Made by a program: the position numbers and the translations under genes. DNA of 38,298 nucleotides from Alphaproteobacteria bacterium (GTDB taxonomy: Bacteria > Pseudomonadota > Alphaproteobacteria > SP197): assembly GCA_022822575.1 (NCBI GenBank), contig JAJEBJ010000493.1, forward strand, positions 1-38,298. The letters are read 5' to 3'. Every line of letters begins with the position of its first letter. The first letter of the stretch is position 1. The notes under the pieces were generated by a model. It saw nothing but the letters and a program-made list of their open reading frames with translations. It had not been told where the DNA came from and made no database searches. Below are positions 34,963 through 38,298 of the stretch, one piece after another.

Positions 34963-35531
34963 GACGCGGGTGCCAGGCCATGGCCGGCAAGCAGCCCCGC
35001 CGTCTCGTAGAGGCCAAGTCCGACGACATTGCTGTAGGAGCCGTTCAGCCGGCGCACGAAGACCGCCGCGCTTCCCTGGATGGCGTAGGCTCCGGCCTTG
35101 CCATGCCAGTCACCGCCGGCGAGATAGGAATCGATTTCCTGGACCGACAGACGCTTGAAGGCGACGCGGGTGACGACAAGGCGTGAACGTGTGGCGCCGG
35201 AGACGAAGAGACAGATCCCGCCGTACACCATGTGACTGCGACCGGACAGCCGCTCGAGACACAGCCGAGCCTCCTCGGCGTCCGCCGGTTTGGGCAGGAT
35301 GCGCCGGCCGCAGGCCACCACTGTATCGGCGGCGAGGATTGCGGCGCCGGGACGCAGACGGGCGACGGCGAGAGCCTTCTCCCGGGAAAGGCGGGCCGCC
35401 AGCTGCCGCGGCAGTTCTCCCCTGCGCGGCGCCTCCGGGATATCGGCCGGTACGGTCTCGTCTGGAACCACACCGATCTGTGCCAGGAGTTCAAGGCGGC
35501 GAGGCGAGGCCGAGGCCAGAATGAAGGGCAT
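34959..35531 (-). CDS. maf: Maf-family nucleoside triphosphate pyrophosphatase
   Basis: In ORF 34959..35642, from the ATG at 35531: MPFILASASPRRLELLAQIG...ILAADTVV...GKAGAYAIQG. Confidence 0.9.
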   Translation of the reverse strand: MPFILASASPRRLELLAQIGVVPDETVPADIPEAPRRGELPRQLAARLSREKALAVARLRPGAAILAADTVVACGRRILPKPADAEEARLCLERLSGRSHMVYGGICLFVSGATRSRLVVTRVAFKRLSVQEIDSYLAGGDWHGKAGAYAIQGSAAVFVRRLNGSYSNVVGLGLYETAGLLAGHGLAPAS

Positions 35532-35562
35532 GGCAGGACGCCTGGTCGATGTTGTCACGTCT

Positions 35563-36015
35563 TCAGATGGCCGACAGCGAGGTCGGGGGAAAGCGCTCGC
35601 CGATGCGCTGTCGTATGTGGTCGCGCACGCCCCGGAAGGCATCGAGGATCATGTCCCTGTTACCCTCGATGGCAGCCGGATCGAATGTCATCCAGTACTC
35701 CACGTCAAGTGCGGCATAGCGGGTGAGTTCGACAGCGCGGTGCTGCGCCTCGGGCGACATGGTGACCACCAGGTCGAAACTCTCGGCGCCGTCATCGATG
35801 TCGTCGAAGGTCTTGGGCCGGTGGCCGGACATGTCGATGCCGATTTCCGCCATGACCTCGATCATGAAGGGATTGGCGTCCCCGGTCGGGCGCACACCGA
35901 CCGAATCGATGAAGATGCTGTGACCATAGAGGCTTTTCATGAGTCCTTCGGCCATGGGGGATCGCACGGCATTGTAGTTGCATGCGAAGAGCACGGCACC
36001 CGGCATATCGGCCAT
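35563..36015 (-). CDS. Low-molecular-weight phosphotyrosine phosphatase / ArsC-like family protein
   Basis: ORF 35563..36015. Sequence: VLFACNYNAVRSPMAEG, the CX5R(S) P-loop. Confidence 0.8.
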   Translation of the reverse strand: MADMPGAVLFACNYNAVRSPMAEGLMKSLYGHSIFIDSVGVRPTGDANPFMIEVMAEIGIDMSGHRPKTFDDIDDGAESFDLVVTMSPEAQHRAVELTRYAALDVEYWMTFDPAAIEGNRDMILDAFRGVRDHIRQRIGERFPPTSLSAI

Positions 36016-36019
36016 GCCG

Positions 36020-36511
36020 TCAGCTCCGGATATGAAGCACGCAGAGCAGGGTGAAGAGCCGTCTCGAAGTCTCCATGTCGATCGTCACGCGCTTGTCGAG
36101 GGTTTCGCGCAGCAGTGTTGCGCCCTCGTCGTGGAGACTGCGGCGCCCCATGTCGAGCGCTTCGATACGCGATGGAGGCGCACTCTTGATCGCCTCGAAA
36201 TAGCTCTCGCACACCGTGAAATAGTCCTTCACGATCCGCCGAAAGGACTTGATCGGCATGGTGACTTCTCCAAGGGGCCGGTCCTTCTCGTCACCAATTC
36301 CGAACACCAGGCTGCGGCCGTCCCTGACCGCAAGACACACGCGATAGGGTCCAGGTGGCAGACCCTCCGGCTCGAAGTGATTGGACTCCAGGAGATCGTA
36401 GATGGCCACGGCCATCTCGTGTTCGACCTCGGCGCTGCGCCGCACCACCAACCGGTCATCGAGCTGGATATCGCTGATCCGGAAGCGGATGTCGCCGTTC
36501 CCGGTCGTCAT
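36020..36511 (-). CDS. UPF0262 family protein
   Basis: ORF 36020..36511. Sequence: ...EVEHEMAVAIYDLLESNHF...YFTVCESYFEAIK...RIEALDMGRRSLHDEGA..., recognised as the conserved alphaproteobacterial UPF0262 pattern. Confidence 0.75.
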   Translation of the reverse strand: MTTGNGDIRFRISDIQLDDRLVVRRSAEVEHEMAVAIYDLLESNHFEPEGLPPGPYRVCLAVRDGRSLVFGIGDEKDRPLGEVTMPIKSFRRIVKDYFTVCESYFEAIKSAPPSRIEALDMGRRSLHDEGATLLRETLDKRVTIDMETSRRLFTLLCVLHIRS

Positions 36512-36663
36512 GACCGGAACAGGACGAAGGTCAGGGGCGCCATCCGGTTCTGTGGCATGTCACGGTCATGCACCATCATGGCTCACACTATCGGCAGTTC
36601 CGCCGCCGGTTCAATCGGTCCGCCCGGCTTGCAAGTTCCGGAATGCCGCGCAATTGTGATGCC

Positions 36664-36900
36664 ATGTCGGCAGTGGCGGACAAGCTCTCCCATGTGGTGG
36701 GTAACTCTCATCCGCCGCTTCGGCATGTGACAATTTCGGCCCTGCTGCACGAGATGGCCCGGCGATATGCGCCATGACGGTCATCGACTGATGTACAGCG
36801 ATCTCGTCGGCGAGGTCGACGCCATTGCCACGGGCTTTTTCGACCTCGGCATTCGGTCGTCAGGCTGTCCCGAAGGGAGCTGCCGACCGACTCGCCCGGC
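36664..36900 (+). pseudogene. N-terminal relic of an AMP-dependent synthetase/ligase (acyl-CoA synthetase-like), frameshifted and truncated
   Basis: From the ATG at 36664: MSAVADKLSHVVGNSHPPLRHVTISALLHEMARRYAP*. After a 1-nt shift: HDGHRLMYSDLVGEVDAIATGFFDLGIR. This fits the family opening (t...ll...a.r.p...a......tY.eL...v..lA.gl..lGi). Nothing recognisable follows. Confidence 0.4.
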
Positions 36901-37091
36901 ACGCGTGTATGCGCGTGCTTCACGGACTTTCCGGCAGCCGGAAGAGTGCGCCATGGCGTCGGCACCAGCCTTGAGGGTAGTCTATGGACCTTGAAGACAG
37001 GCCAATCCATCATGACCGGGACATGTGAATTCTGACCTGGTGAATCGGGTGGCGCCCATCACGTGTCCAATCAGCCGGAGGACCCTACAGC

Positions 37092-37517
37092 ATGGCCGGT
37101 CGAAAGCCTTCTGCCATGAACCAGTACCTGTTTCACGACCTTGCGGCAGCCCACCGGACTCTCCATGCACGACTCAATGACAGGTTGAAATCCCTCGGCT
37201 TGCAGGTGGAATCCTGGCGAGTCCTGGAAACGCTGAGTTCACACGACGGATTTACGATGGGGGACCTTGCAGACATCGTGCTGATGAATCCGCCGACATT
37301 GACCAAGCTGGTCGACCGCATGGTGTCGAATGGCCTGGTGCAGCGGACCCTCTCGGCGGAAGACCAAAGGCGTGTTCACCTGGTCCTCACCGATGCTGGG
37401 ACGGACCTCGTAGCCAAGGTCAGGTGCCATGCCGAGGAACAGGACCGGGACATTGTCGAACGCCTCGGCGAGGAAAGTGCGCAGGTTCTGCGCGAAGCCC
37501 TGCGTTCCCTGGTCTGA
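37092..37517 (+). CDS. MarR-family transcriptional regulator
   Basis: ORF 37092..37517. Sequence: ...LGLQVESWRVLETLSSHDGFTMGDLADIVLMNPPTLTKLVDRMVSNGLVQR...DQRRVHLVLTDAG. Confidence 0.85.
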   Translation: MAGRKPSAMNQYLFHDLAAAHRTLHARLNDRLKSLGLQVESWRVLETLSSHDGFTMGDLADIVLMNPPTLTKLVDRMVSNGLVQRTLSAEDQRRVHLVLTDAGTDLVAKVRCHAEEQDRDIVERLGEESAQVLREALRSLV

Positions 37518-37549
37518 TCATGATATCGCTGCCACCCCGACGGGATTCT

Positions 37550-38298
37550 ATGGCAGGTCGGGTTCTTCCATCCGGATACCTGACGGTGCCGCGCCGCGCC
37601 GGTCCGGAGTGGTTGTGGGACACCTCTCCCTTCCACCGTTCCTCGCCGGCGTTCCGGGTCGGTCTCCTGGTGCCGCGATGCGGAGCAGCCGGACTATGGG
37701 GCCCTTCGTCGATCGCCAGCGCCGAGGTCGCCGTCAGCGAACTCAACAGGAAAGATGGAATTGGCAGGCAGGAGGTTGAACTCGTCGTCATCGATTCGGC
37801 GGAAGAAGCGCCGACCCCGGCCGAACACATCGTTGACGCAATGATGGCGAGCCACGCGCTCGATGCCATCGTCGGCATGCACATCAGTTCCGTGCGCCAA
37901 CGGCTGACCAGGATCGTGAAAGGGCAGATTCCCTATGTCTATACGCCTCTCTACGAGGGCGGCGAGAACGGAGTGGGCGTGTTCGCGATCGGCGATACGC
38001 CTCCGCAGCAACTCGGACCGGCAATCACCTGGCTTCACGAAAGCAGACGGCTTGAGAACTGGGCCCTGATCGGCAACGACTACGTGTGGCCCAGGGCCTC
38101 CCATCGCTATGCAAAGGCAAGGCTGGCGGCCATGGGTGCGAAACTGGCCTGCGAGCGCTACATCCCCTTCGCATCGAGCAATCTCGCACGGGAAGTCGAG
38201 ATGATCGCGGGTTCGGGTGCGGACGCCGTGCTGGTATCGCTGGTGGGTCAGGACGCCGTGGACTTCAACAGGATCTTCGGTGCCATGGAACTCGACCG
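37550..38298 (+). CDS. AmiC-like type-1 periplasmic-binding-fold protein (amide/urea-binding regulator family), no signal peptide, 3' end beyond the window
   Basis: Open at the right edge, so absent from the ORF track. Manual translation from the ATG at 37550: ...FRVGLLVPRCGAAGLWGPSSIASAEVAVSELNRKDGIGRQEVELVVIDSAEE...IVGMHISSVRQRLTRIVKGQIPYVYTPLYEGGE...ALIGNDYVWPRASH...ERYIPF. It runs parallel to Pseudomonas AmiC (VGCYMSHTRKA...CYPTPYEGFE...IGSDYIYPRESN...EIYIPL). Confidence 0.7.
   Translation, partial: MAGRVLPSGYLTVPRRAGPEWLWDTSPFHRSSPAFRVGLLVPRCGAAGLWGPSSIASAEVAVSELNRKDGIGRQEVELVVIDSAEEAPTPAEHIVDAMMASHALDAIVGMHISSVRQRLTRIVKGQIPYVYTPLYEGGENGVGVFAIGDTPPQQLGPAITWLHESRRLENWALIGNDYVWPRASHRYAKARLAAMGAKLACERYIPFASSNLAREVEMIAGSGADAVLVSLVGQDAVDFNRIFGAMELD

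Noticed and set aside
37014-37091. GGACATGTG ... CACGTGTCC inverted repeat (8 of 9 matches, 33-nt spacer) and a TGAAT direct repeat upstream of the MarR gene, considered as an operator.
   Set aside because: The arms are too far apart for a typical MarR dimer site and the match is imperfect. It is plausible but not supportable from the sequence alone.

Overview
High-GC window (judged by eye) whose gene content and order look like an alphaproteobacterial chromosome. Most of it is housekeeping. On the minus strand run folC-accD-trpA-trpB-trpF-pyrF, an ornithine cyclodeaminase-family gene, lapA and ihfB. On the plus strand run aroA-cmk-rpsA, ahcY, amgK-murU-trxA and a glutamine synthetase-family gene. 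A maf-yacG-tRNA-Phe group, an LMW phosphatase and a UPF0262 gene are also present. Two tRNAs were found by hand: Ala-GGC at 27495-27570 and Phe-GAA at 34657-34732, both on the minus strand. Three things stand out. (1) The left 3.6 kb looks accessory and decayed. It holds a P4-type integrase open at the window edge with a leaderless-looking promoter and a tandem repeat, then relics of an AbiEii-like toxin, an HTH gene and an enoyl-CoA hydratase, then TauD-family and SDR genes with a 37-codon deacetylase stub. (2) A complete permease-less regulatory PTS set (hpf-ptsN-hprK ... EIIA-Man, HPr/NPr, EI) is split by about 4.6 kb. The intervening DNA carries a YeeE/YedE sulfur transporter, a soxY-soxZ-fccA-fccB operon and a frameshifted integrase 5' relic that abuts soxY. 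(3) There are several start-codon and repeat oddities. The SoxY Tat signal and the conserved N-terminus of a homocysteine methyltransferase both lie upstream of any canonical start codon. Ribosomal protein S1 carries an 8 x 18-bp in-frame acidic repeat tail. A perfect 20-bp palindrome sits in the aroA divergent promoter region. No CRISPR array, rRNA or intact transposon was seen. All family assignments come from reading the translations; no database search was possible.
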